A stretch of 64,000 bases of DNA from Mobula hypostoma (lineage: Eukaryota), in assembly GCF_963921235.1 (NCBI RefSeq), contig NC_086118.1:12402001-12466000 (forward strand), in the 5' to 3' direction. The notes below the pieces were generated by a model. It made no database searches, was not told the origin of the DNA, and saw only the letters and a list, made by a program, of their open reading frames with translations. Of this stretch, positions 11,960 through 23,114 are shown piece by piece. The translations under genes and the position numbers were made by a program. Numbering within the stretch: the first letter of the stretch is position 1; each line of letters begins with the position of its first letter.

Positions 11960-13162
11960 TACAATGCAAATACCTATGTCAGGATGCTGTTTATTGACTG
12001 TAGCTCAGCATTTAACACCATCATTCCTATAGTTTTGATCAAAAAGCTACAGAACATTGGCCTCTGTACCTCCCTCTGAAACTGGATTCTCAACTTCCTA
12101 ACTGGAAGACCGCAATCTGTGTGGATTGGTGATAACATCTCACCTCGCTGACAATCAACAGTGACACTCCACAGGGAAGTGTGCTTAGCAAACTTTTCTA
12201 CTCTCTCTACACCCATCACCATGTGGCTAGGCACAGCTCAAATGCCAGCTATAAATTTGCTGAAGGTATATCTATTGTTGGCAGTAGTTCAGTTGGTGAC
12301 AAAAGGGCATATGGGAGTGAGATATGCCATTTAGTTGAGTGGTGTCACAGCAACAACCTTACACTCAGCATTAGGAACACCAAAGAGCTGATGGTGGACT
12401 TCAGGAAGGGTAAGACAAGGGAACACAAGTCAATCTTCATAGGGAGATCAGAAATGGAGCGAGTGAGCAATTTCGAGTTCTTAGGTGTCAATACCTCTGA
12501 GGACTTAGCCTGGACACAACACATTGGTGCAGCTATAAAGACAAGGCAGTGGCTATATTTCATTAGGAGTTTGAGGAGATTTGCTTTGTCAACTCAAACA
12601 CTCAAAGACTTCTACAAATGTTTTGTGGAGAGCATTCTGTTTGGCTGCATCATTGCCTGGCATGGGGTGGGGTGGTGGGGGGGGGGGAGGGGAGCTACTG
12701 CTCAAGATCGAAATAAGTTGCATAAACTTATAATATTAGTCAGCTCTATCATGGGTATCAGCCTCTGTAGTATCCTAGACATCTTCAAGGAGCAGTGCCT
12801 TCGGAAGATGGAGTCCATCGTTAATCATTGCCATCATCTGGACATGCCCTTTTCACACTGTTACAATTGGGAAGGAGACACAGAAGCCTGAAAGCACACA
12901 CTCAGTGATTCAGGAACAGCTTCTTCCCCTCTGCCATCCGATTCCTAAATGGACATTGAACCCATGAACACTACCTCACTACTTTTTATTTTTTTTGCAC
13001 TACTTACTTTAACGTAACAATTTAAGAGACGTATATATATTTAACATAACTATTCTTCCTCTATATTTATTTATCTATCATGTATTTCATTGTACTGCGG
13101 CCAAAAAAGTTAACAAACTTCACCACACATGCCGGGGATATTAAATCTGATTCTGATTCTGA
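11960..13162 (+). mobile_element. Rex1/Babar-type LINE 3' half (decayed RT)
   Basis: [17 protein letters not shown] motif near 11975. ORF 12181..12891 has TKELMVDFRK, FLGV, LYFIRSLRRF. (ATTCTG)n tail. Confidence 0.85.
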
Positions 13163-13419
13163 CATTGTCAAATTCTCTGATTGTTAACTCCATTTCCTCC
13201 TGACAGTGTTTAATTTTATTTCCCTTTTGACCATCTACAGTGAGATATAAAAAGCTGCAATTCCGGTTAATTATAATCTCCCTGCTCCCTCCCCCTCCAT
13301 AAATCTTAAAGTTGATATCAAGAAATGAAAGTTCTTTTTAAACTTCTGGACATTGGTTTGGGAAGTTTGAGCTTCACATTTACACTACATACAGTTCAAC
13401 ACAAAGTTCAATTCTGCAT

Positions 13420-15200
13420 GTCAAGTGTAAGATTTCTCACTGAATCTTTTCAGTTTCTTGTCCACCACCTTCTTATGGTATCTCTCCTCTATAGTTCTAA
13501 TATAGGAAATGTTGATCTCCAAGAAATTACGTCAACCAAAGCAACTGGTGCCATTGTTGAAATATGTTGTGGAATATGACACTGTAGCTTGTATGGCATC
13601 CTGTCAAAATGCACCATACCTTCCAAATCACCTTTACCTATTCTGCTAGTTACAACATCAAAAAGCTCTAACAGAATTTTCTTCCATAAATCTGCACTCA
13701 CTCTGTCCATTCCTTTTATTTTTTTTCCAAGTTGATAGTCATAGTTGTAGTCATAGTCATACTTTGTTGATCCCAAGGGAAATGGGTTTTCGTTACAGTT
13801 GCACCATAAATAATTAAATAGTAATAAAACCATAAATAATAAAATAACAATATTTAAATTATGTAAATTGGCTCAGGGTGTCTGACCCTCCAAGGGAGGA
13901 GTTGTAAAGTTTGATGGCCACAGGCAGGAATGACTTCCTATGACGCTCTGTGCAGCATCTTGGTGGAATGAGTCTCTGGCTGAATATACTCCTCTGCCCA
14001 CCCAGTACATTATGTAGCGGATGGGAGACATTGTCCAAGATGGCATGCAACTTGGACAGCATCCTCTTTTCAGACACCACCGTGAGAGAGTCCAGTTCCA
14101 TCTCCACAACATCACTGGCCTTACGAATGAGTTTGTTGATTCTGTTGGTGTCTGCCACCCTCAGCCTGCTGCCCCAGCACACAACAGCAAACATGATCAC
14201 ACTGGCCACCACAGACTCGTAGAACATCCTCAGCATCGTCCGGCAGATGTTAAAGGACCTCAATCTCCTCAGGAAATAGAGATGGCTCTGACCCTTCTTG
14301 TAGACAGCCTCAGTGTTCTTTGACCAGTCTAGTTTATTGTCAATTCGTATCCCCAGGGATTTGTAATCCTCCACCATGTCCGCACTGACCCCCTGGATGG
14401 AAACTGGGGTCACCGGTGCCTTAGCCCTCCTCAGGTCTACCACCAGCTCCTTAGTCTTTTTCACATTAAGCTGCAGATAATTCTGCTCACACCATGTGAC
14501 AAAGTTTCCTACCGTAGCCCAGTACTCAGCCTCAGCCCTGATGTACTACTTCCTCATTAATACATTTAAGCATTTTCTTTACAAATGATATCAGACCTTC
14601 TGGTATATAGCTTTCTGTTTTCTCTTTCTCTCTTAAACTGCAGGGTCACATTTGCTTGCTTCCAATCTCAGATCAATTATCAAATCTGTACAATTTTTCA
14701 GGATACCATTAGTATATCCATCTTCTTCACAGCCACCTCAGTCAAGTCAAAACCTTCATGGCAGGTTATCATGTCCTGGACATTTATTGCTTTCAGTCTC
14801 AATAATTTCTCCAATATTTGCATCCAATTCTTGTTTCCCTTTGCATTTGTTGAAATTCACTTTATACAAGAAGTTTCATGTCCTTTTTTCAAGTAGAAAG
14901 ACTCAAAATATTTGTTTAAATTCACTGTAATTTCCTTACTCTGTGATATAATTTCTCTTGTTTTAGTCTCAGCAATAACTTTTCTTAATCATTTCCTTTG
15001 TATCTATTCATAGATACTTTTACAGTCTATTTTTATTTCACCAGATTATTCTGGTATTCAAATTTCCTTTTCCTTATTGATTACTTGGTCCTCCATTGTT
15101 GAAACTCAATTTTTTTTCTAAATCCCCAGACTTATTGCTCTCTAAGGCAAAATTGTAACCCTTTCTTATGATCTAAAACCACTTTAAAATTCACTGGTTG
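13420..15200 (-). mobile_element. Very old CR1 remnant interrupted by a young Rex copy
   Basis: Minus-strand decayed RT motifs (LELFDVVTSRIGKGD..VHFD in ORF 13489..13833). Boundaries approximate. Confidence 0.45.
13735..14533 (-). mobile_element. Young Rex1/Babar-type LINE, 5'-truncated (copy 1 of 3)
   Basis: ORF 13859..14464 KKTKELVVDLRR...RHRKSFLPVAIKLYN, (CTATGA)n tail, near-identical to 16864-17567 and 61198-62198. Confidence 0.92.
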
Positions 15201-15599
15201 GTTCAATGAAGGAATAATGATTTATTTCCAAGTATGGGTGAAGGGTGGTGTAGTGAATAATCTATAGATGATGGACATTTCTTGTACCTAGTACACCTGT
15301 CCTTGCTAAAAGGTTTATAAAGTGTAACGAAAGGGGCAATGACAATTTCCTACACTGTGAACAATATATAGTGAATTACTTTTGTCTTGGATGGTGATGA
15401 GTGTACTCATCAAGATAAATGTTGAATAATCCTTTATACACTACACTTGTTTTACAGAAGGCGCAAATAGTTTGGTCAAGGCATTCAAATATTCAATGTA
15501 CTGATATATTTGTAGTATTTGTGGGCTGGTGCAGTTAGATGTGTGGCCAATTGTGGCTTCCAGGAAGATGATGATGGAATTCTTGGTAATAATAAATGT

Positions 15600-16430
15600 C
15601 CGGTAAGAACATTTAAACTTTTTGCAGCGGAATAGCTGACAAATATACAGATCTTGATGTCTTTCATTCCAGAATTTTAAAGGAGGGACTAATGAGGAAA
15701 TTGATGTATTAGTTTTAATTTTCCTAAGTTCCCCCGATTCAGAAAGGTTGGAAAATAGCAAATTAACTCCTTTTCTTTAAAAGGAAAAGAGGCAGAATGC
15801 AGAAAACTATAGACCAATTTGCTGAACAAGCACCTGACATCAGAAATATGTTAAAAGCGGTTATTAAATATATTATAACAAGGGACTTCGAAAATTTCAA
15901 GAGAATCAAGCAAGGGCAACATAGGCTTATGGACAAAAAAAGTCAGGTTTGCCCCAGATTATTGAAACTCTGAAAACATACTACACATTTTTGATAAAGA
16001 GAACGCAGTAAATGCACTTAGATTTCCAAAAAGGCATTTCATAAGATGCTGCATAATAGGTTATTGTGGAAAATATCATGAGGGAGAAAGTTGAAGGATC
16101 ACTGTTTGAAAATGCAGTTGCCCATGTAAGGCAGATGGGGCAGTGGAAGTAGAGTCCAGATAAATGTCTCGGCCTGAAATGTCAACTATTTATTTCTCTG
16201 CATAAGTGTTCCTCCAGAACTTTGTGTGTGTTCTTCAGTAGCCTTTAAATATTTAAAAAGAGGAATGGATAAATACTTAATGAACCAGGAGAAGACGGTT
16301 TACAGCAGGTGGACTGAAATATGTAGCTGTGCTTACAATCAGGCCAACCATGATCTTAAAGAATAATGGAATAGGCTTGAGGGTTTCAGCAGCAGGTTCC
16401 TACTCCTAATTCACAAGTTCATTTATAAGA
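15600..16430 (+). mobile_element. Old CR1 remnant containing a short Penelope-type end (~16150-16235)
   Basis: Decayed W..AN.TP..K..NYRP and LDFQKAF motifs, CR1 3' UTR at ~16330-16420. Confidence 0.55.
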
Positions 16431-16863
16431 TGGACATTGACTGGCACTTCCACAGTACTGGTGGAAGTATTCACCACTTATCAGTCTATGAATGCCATCC
16501 AGGGCTTGTCACATGAAGAAATGGATTGCTTTATACTCTGATGGGCTTCTAAAGGAATTGTGAAGTGAGCAATTATCAGCAGGCATCTCCTCTTTATCAA
16601 GGATGGAAGGTCATTAATAAAGTAGCTGAAAACATACAATGCTCCCCTGAAGAACTTCTCTATAAACATCTTGACACTGAACTGAATGAAGTCCAAGCAC
16701 CACAATAATTTTCCTTTATTTAGGAGACATAAAGGTACTGCAGATACTGGAATCTGGGACTAAATGCTGGAGGAATTGAATTGGTCAGGCAGCCATTATG
16801 GTGAGAAAAGGACAGTCTATGTTTCAGGTGGGGATCCTTCATCTGGACTCCTTTATGTAGGGT

Positions 16864-17567
16864 CCTGTTTCCATCCAGGGGGTCAGTGTGGACACGGTGG
16901 AGGATTACAAATACCTGGGGATACGAATTGATAATAAACTGGACTGGTCAAAGAACACTGAGGCTGTCTACAAGAAGGGTCAGAGCCGTCTCTATTTCCT
17001 GAGGAGAATGAGGTCCTTTAACATCTGCCGGACAACGCTGAGGATGTTCTACGAATCTGTGGTGGCCAGTGCGATCATGTTTGCTGTTGTGTGCTGGGGC
17101 AGCAGGTTGAGGGTAGCAGACACCAACAGAATCAACAAATTCATCCGTAAGGCCAGTGATGTTGTGGGGATGGAACTGGACTCTCTCACGGTGGTGTCTG
17201 AAAAGAGGATGCTGTCTAAGTTGCATGCCATCTTGGACAATGTCTCCCATCCACTACATAATGTACTGGGTGGGCACAGGAGTACATTCAGCCAGAGACT
17301 CATTCCACCGAGATGCAGCACAGAGCGTCATAGGAAGTCCTTCCTGCCTGTGGCCATCAAACTTTACAACTCCTCCCTTGGAGGGTCAGACACCCTGTGC
17401 CGATAGGCTGGTCCTGGACTTATTTCATAATTTACTGGCATAATTTACATATTACTATTGAACTATTTATGGTTCTATTACTATTTATTATTTATGGTGC
17501 AACTGTAACGAAAACCAATTTCCACCGGGATCAATAAAATATGACCATGACTATGACTATGACCATG
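16864..17567 (+). mobile_element. Young Rex1/Babar-type LINE, 5'-truncated (copy 2 of 3)
   Basis: ORF 16888..17406 is near-identical to 13859..14464. AATAAA plus (ATGACT)n tail. Confidence 0.92.
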
Positions 17568-17871
17568 TCTCACTTCTTCAATAAGAAATCCCCCCTCTGA
17601 TTCCCAGTAACTTTAGCTTTTACCAGGACTTCTTCATGACATGATTAATGACACCTTTGATCATTTTGCTGACATTTGAGATAAGGTGAGACTGAATTGG
17701 TCCTATGTTTTGTGAACAAAGCATTCCTGGACAAATGTCCACAATCATAGCCAGAGCCCAATGTTGTAGCTGCATGTGGAGCAACTTGGCTGGAGGCATT
17801 AAGTTCTGGAGCACAAGCTTCGAGCAAGATAGAGAAAAGCCGTGAACTTCAAGCCTGGAATTTCTTTAGAG

Positions 17872-18300
17872 GAATAGAGTCATAAAAAAGTAAAGCACAG
17901 AAACAGGAGCTTCGGCTCATCTAGTCCATTTCAAAAACCATTTAAACTGCCTACTCCCAATGACCTGCACTGGAACCAAAACCCTCCATACCTCTACTAT
18001 CCAAACTTCTCTTAAACGTTGAAATTGAGCTCACACAGACCACTTGTGCTGGCAGCTCATTCTACACTCTCATGACCCTCTGTGAAAGTTTCCCCTCATG
18101 GTCCCATTAAACTTCTCACCTGTCACCCTTAAGTCATGACCTCTGGTTGTAGTCCCACCCAACCTCAATGGAAAAAGCCTGCTTGCATTTACCATATCTG
18201 AATCTATCATAATTTTGTATCCCTCTCTCAAATCTCTTCTCAATCTTCTACGTTCTGAAGAATACAGCTCCTGCTGACCACAGCATCTCATGATGTTCAC
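17872..18300 (-). mobile_element. CR1 3' fragment
   Basis: ORF 18070..18300(-) LYSSERRRLRRDL...TRGHDLRV, followed by CR1 3' UTR. Confidence 0.8.
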
Positions 18301-19139
18301 TTTTGAACTGTAGATCTCTCACGTTTAACACCATGGAGATGCCATGCACCTCAAAGGACCTTATTTCGAGCTTTGCAGTAACACAGCACAGAAACAAGCC
18401 CCTCAGCTCAACTCATGCACACTTACTGAACCACTGCATGAACAAGTTGCCCCATTAAGTCCCCTCTATTTTTTACTTCCCCTTCTTCTGAAGAAAAACA
18501 CACACATTCACCTCATGGTTTTCTACACCTTGCATAAAGACTATGGAATGGTCGCTCATACAGTTGTGCTCCTGTACAGATGTATCCACATCAGGTAGGT
18601 TGGTGATGACAAAATCAAGTAGGTCCTCTTTATGACTTAGTGCATTCAATAGCTATCGTAGACCTAGTCTGCCAACTATGTCCTTTGGACGGCTGCCAGC
18701 TGAGTCAATGGTTGTGCTATTTGAGTCCATTTTGGTGACGAAGTTCCCTCTTCCACTTTTCCCTATTTTCCTTCATTCCTTATCCCACTTCCATCTCCTC
18801 AGAACACATGCTGTACCTGGGATCTTGTTGCTTGTGTTTGGCCTGATGATGGAGGATCATGGATGAACATTGAGAGGGTGATCAGTGCGTACACTTGAGG
18901 AGATCCACAACTTTAGACCAATGGGTTTTGGGGCTCTTCTGTACTGCTGGTTTCCAGGCATCAATTTGAGTGATTTATACGCCGACTTGTGAAATGTCAA
19001 CAATACTCCTTTCTTACAGGCCAGAAAACAAACCCGACGGATCCTGGTACTTACTGCTCTCACAAGGCTTATGCTCCACCTTAGTCCGTGACTGTGAATA
19101 TTCTGGTATGACACACAATGGAAACATTCCATGTTCTGT

Positions 19140-19362
19140 GCCCGCCACAGTGTATCCATTCCATTGTATCCACCACAGTGTATCAATCACACTGTATTAT
19201 GTGAACACTGTACCATCAACATGCTACCGAGCACACATTGTCTTCACCACAGTCTCCACCGCACTGTCTTCACCACAGTCTTCACTTCACTGTCTCTACT
19301 GCACTCTTTCAGCACACTATATCAACTCCACTGTATCCATGACACTGTATCGACCATCACAT
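19140..19362. repeat. Degenerate ~14-bp minisatellite (consensus ~ACACTGTATCCACC), left part
   Basis: Successive variants acagtgtatcaatc, acactgtattatg, gcactgtcttcacc, ccactgtatccatg, acactgtatcgacc. Confidence 0.7.
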
Positions 19363-19620
19363 GATCACAACCTGTCACTCAAAATCAGCAAAACCAAAGA
19401 ACTGGTTACTATCTACAGCAGGAAGAAACCAGTCCTCATTGAAGGATTGAAGGTGGAGCATGACAGTAACTTTAAATTCCTTCGCGTTATTATTTCAGAG
19501 GATCTGTCCTGAGAGTCATTACAAAGAAGGTATGGCAGAACCTCTACTTTCTTAAAAGTTTGAGTAGATCTGGCATGTCTTTTAAAACCTTGCAAACTTC
19601 TAAAGGTACACAGTGGAGAG

Positions 19621-20956
19621 TGTCACAATGGCGGGGGGTGGGGGGCATAGGGAGCAAGGGTGGACCCAAATGCAAGACACATCTTGTGAGGTTACTTAGG
19701 TTTAGTTTATTGTACGATACCAGGAGAGCAAGACAGGAGCAGGAATAGCGAACAGGATAAAGACTCAGGACAATGACTAGGCTGGGACCAAGGGTCTGGG
19801 CTTGGACTCAGAATCAGCTCCCAGAACTAGAGGAGACATGAAGATGCTAGGGTATGGACTCCAAGCCCGAGACTGGGCAAGGACCCAGTACCTGGGTCTT
19901 GCCTCAGGCTCGTAATCCAAAACCATACATGGACATGACATGGGCTGGGGAGAGGAGGAACATGGAAACACAGAGCCTCAGTCTAGGGGAGCAGGTACGT
20001 GGAACCATGGACACATACACAGAACACAGAGTCGGGACCCCTCCTTGGGTACAGGACATAGGGCCAGGACTCACATACAGAACAGAGAGCCAGGACCCCT
20101 CCTTGGGTACAGGACATAGAGCTGGGACTTGCACACAGAACAGAGAGCCGGGACCCCTCCTTGGGTACAGGACATAGGGCTGGGACTCATGACCTTCCGC
20201 GGGGCAACAGCAAGATGGCCTGATTTACCTCACGGAGGCGAGAACAAGACAAGACATGACTCCCCGCGAGGCAACGGCAAGACGGCCAGACTTACCCATG
20301 GAGGCAAGGACAAGACAAGACAGGACCAACACGAATGAACACCAGACAGTACCTATCTAGCTCCGGCGATGGAACTAGACCGAAGTGCTGGCGGGGGCTG
20401 CAGACGAGGGCTAGATGCGAGAGGGGCAGAGAAGGGATTCAGACAAGGGGGTAGGACAGGAATCACAGACCGCCAGGACCAGAACTTGACTCAAAACTGG
20501 GAAGACGCCAGGGCCAGGACTTGACATGGTACTTGGAGGCCGCCAGGACCAGGACTTGACATGGTAGTGGCGAGCTCTCGACTCGGCCCGGGAACTGAAG
20601 ACAGGGGCTCTTGATTCTCTCCGGCGGGTTAACTGACAGACCCACCTTGATGAGGAAACTTTGCAGGCTCGCTTTTGTAACTGGACAGGGTTGCTCCGGT
20701 GAGGAAAGGCGAATTACCGGCACTCACTTCGGCAGAGACTAGGCTTGCTCCGGCCAGATGATATTGGCACACCGTGACTTTGCAGACGCTCCCGCACCGA
20801 ACGGCTGAAAGCCGGAGACTATAAACTACCGGTTCAGCCGAGTGTTAATTGCCTCTAATCACCAGAGTCCAGGGACACGGGAAAACAGGGAATCAATGGT
20901 CCGGATCGTAACATAAACAAGCTAAATTTAAAGGGACCCTGATCCGGACCATGACA
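19621..20956 (-). mobile_element. Solo LTR (Gypsy-type), 1336 bp
   Basis: Termini TGTCACAATGG...CCATGACA. 5-bp TSD GAGAG at 19616-19620 and 20957-20961. Minus-strand AATAAA near 19706. GC-rich, with no internal gag/pol. Confidence 0.85.
20017..20188. repeat. Three tandem 58-bp units inside the solo LTR
   Basis: CCCCTCCTTGGGTACAGGACATAG starts at 20038, 20096 and 20154 (period 58). Confidence 0.95.
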
Positions 20957-21394
20957 GAGAGTTTCCTGACTGGTTGCATCATGGCCTGGTATGGAAGCAC
21001 AAATGAACAAGAACAGAAAAACCTACAAAAAGTAGTGGATACAGCCCAGTCCGGTGGGGGAAAGCCTCTCCACCCCATTCTTGAGCACAGACACAGGGAA
21101 GCTGCATCGATCATCAAGCGCCCCCACCATCCAAGCCTTGCTCTCTTCTCACTGCTGCAATCGGGACAGAGGTACAGGACACTTAGATACCTCATGAGCA
21201 GTTATTACCCTTCAGGAGCTATTAGTGATAACTGAGTTATTACCCTTCGGTCATCAGGCTCCTAAATCAGTATGGATAACTTCAAACAGACTTCAGGAAA
21301 GGGAAGCCAGAGGTCCATGAGTCAGTCCTCAGAGGTGGAGACAGTCAGTAACTTTGAAACTTTGATCATTAATTTGGTTTGAACTTTGAACTTT

Positions 21395-21605
21395 ACTCAC
21401 CATACTATACTCATTACACTGTATCTATTGTTCTGCATCCACTACTGTGTCTCCACCATAATGCATTTACTACATTCTATCAGCCGCACTCTATCCATTA
21501 TACTCTACACACTAGTCTATCCACAGTTCAGTACCCACAACGCAGTATCCACTTGATTACACTGTACCTACCGCACTATAACCACCTCACTTTAACCACC
21601 ACACA
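21395..21605. repeat. Degenerate ~14-bp minisatellite, right part
   Basis: Same ACACTGTATCCACC-like units as 19140-19362 (acactgtatctatt, gcactctatccatt, acactgtacctacc). Confidence 0.65.
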
Positions 21606-22329
21606 GCCTGGATTCCATTTGGTAAAGATTCTTCAGCAGAGCGAGGGTGTTTTGCATTCTGATGCCACAATCAACTCCTAAGCTATAAAGCAGATTATCC
21701 TTGAACTAGAACAGTCAATACTCTCCTCATATTTTTATATTCTGCTCTTTTTTGAACTGAGCTGTTCTGTAACTGTATGGACACTTTTAAAGCCCTTGAA
21801 TAGAATCTTGAAAGCAAATGGAAACCACAGCCTCTCTCTCACATTGATGTCATAAACTGTGAGACTCATGAGTTTGGGAAAAAGGATTTTGTAAACAGGC
21901 TACTCTGAGGGGAAGCTTCAAATGCTTGTGGCCTAATTTTACTTCAGGTAAGAGGAAAAATTCCTGGATGTAGATGAATGTCTTCAAGTCAGCTTATAGT
22001 TGACAACAGACAAAACGACAGCACATAGTGACCAAGATCTCCTCTACACTCATATCCAAATACCTAATTTTACAAGCTCCAAACAGCAATAAATACTGCT
22101 ATAGATAGAGTAATATGGGAACAGTAATATATCCCACATTAACACCAGAAAGAGTGTACCACCTTACAAACTATACACTACCTCTGGCCCGGAATGTGGA
22201 AGAACCTGCAGCTTCCACGGTGGTATCAGCAGCCACATCAGAGCTTGCAAACCCAGCATGGAATGAATCGTCCTCCATCCAGACTGACTGCCTAAGAAGT
22301 TGAGTATTTGTAAGTAAATGGCAAACTTG

Positions 22330-22830
22330 ACTTCATTGGTTAGGGTACCGAGTGTAAGTGTCAGGAAGTCACATTGCAACTGTATAAAGCTTTGGTTGGT
22401 CACACTTGGAGTATTATATGCAATTCTGGTCACCCTATGTAGAAAATATGTGAAAGCTTCAGAAAGGGTGCAGAAGAAGTTTCCTTGGATTAGAGGGCAT
22501 GAGTGAAAAGGAGAGAGGGGATGAATGAACTTGGGTTGTTTTCTCTAGAGTATTGGAAGCTGGGAGGGGTGCAGAGTTTATAATATAATGAGAGGCATAG
22601 ATAGTGTAAACAACCAGAATCTTTTCCCAAGGTAGAAATATCAAATACCGGTGTCCATGCATTTAAGGAAAGAGAGATAAAGTTTAAAAGGGACATGCAG
22701 AACAACAATGAGGCAAAGGTGAGGGAAGAAGCTGATGGGGTAGTGATGGATGCAGATACAACAGTGGAATTTAAGAGGCAGTTCGACCTACATGCATATG
22801 CAGGGAATGGAGAATTCTAGGTACTGTATT
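22330..22830 (+). mobile_element. Decayed CR1 3' fragment
   Basis: LEYYMQFWSP-like and ERVQKKF remnants, C-terminal CR1 sequence. Confidence 0.7.
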
Positions 22831-22840
22831 TATCTCTTTT

Positions 22841-23114
22841 AGAGATACAACATGGAACAGGTCCTTCTGGGCCAATGAGTCCTACCACCCAGCAACCCAC
22901 TAACTTAACCCGAGACTACTCACAGGACAATTTCCAATGACCAGTTAACCTACAAACTGATACGTCTTTGGACTGTGGGAGGATGCCCGAGCACCTGGAG
23001 GAAAACCACATGGTCATGGGAAGGACGCACAAATTCCTTGCAGGCAGTGGTGGGAAATAAACCCAGGTCACCTGTACTGCAAAGCGTTGTGCTAACCACA
23101 ATGCTACCATGCCA
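22841..23114 (-). mobile_element. tRNA-derived V-SINE (HE1-like, chondrichthyan)
   Basis: Minus strand: tRNA-like head TGGCATGGTAGCATTGTGGTTAGCAC...GGGTTTATTTCCC (A/B boxes), V-domain GTGGTTTTCCTCCAGGTGCTCGGGCATCCTCCCACAGTCCAAAGACGT, LINE-like 3' tail. Confidence 0.85.

Larger units (their letters stand above)
19358..21290 (+). mobile_element. Decayed Rex1/Babar-type LINE 3' fragment, split by the solo LTR
   Basis: NLSLKISKTKELV...FKFLRVIISEDLS before 19620 continues as ESFLTGCIMAWYGS... after 20961. Confidence 0.8.

Noticed and set aside
18970..19512. 180-aa Thr/His-rich ORF
   Set aside because: It results from reading through the 14-bp minisatellite into a Rex fragment.
20017..20188. CRISPR-like repeat array
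   Set aside because: The units are full tandem 58-mers without unique spacers, inside an LTR, in eukaryotic DNA with no cas genes.
23040..23114. tRNA gene
   Set aside because: It is the degenerate tRNA-derived head of the V-SINE.
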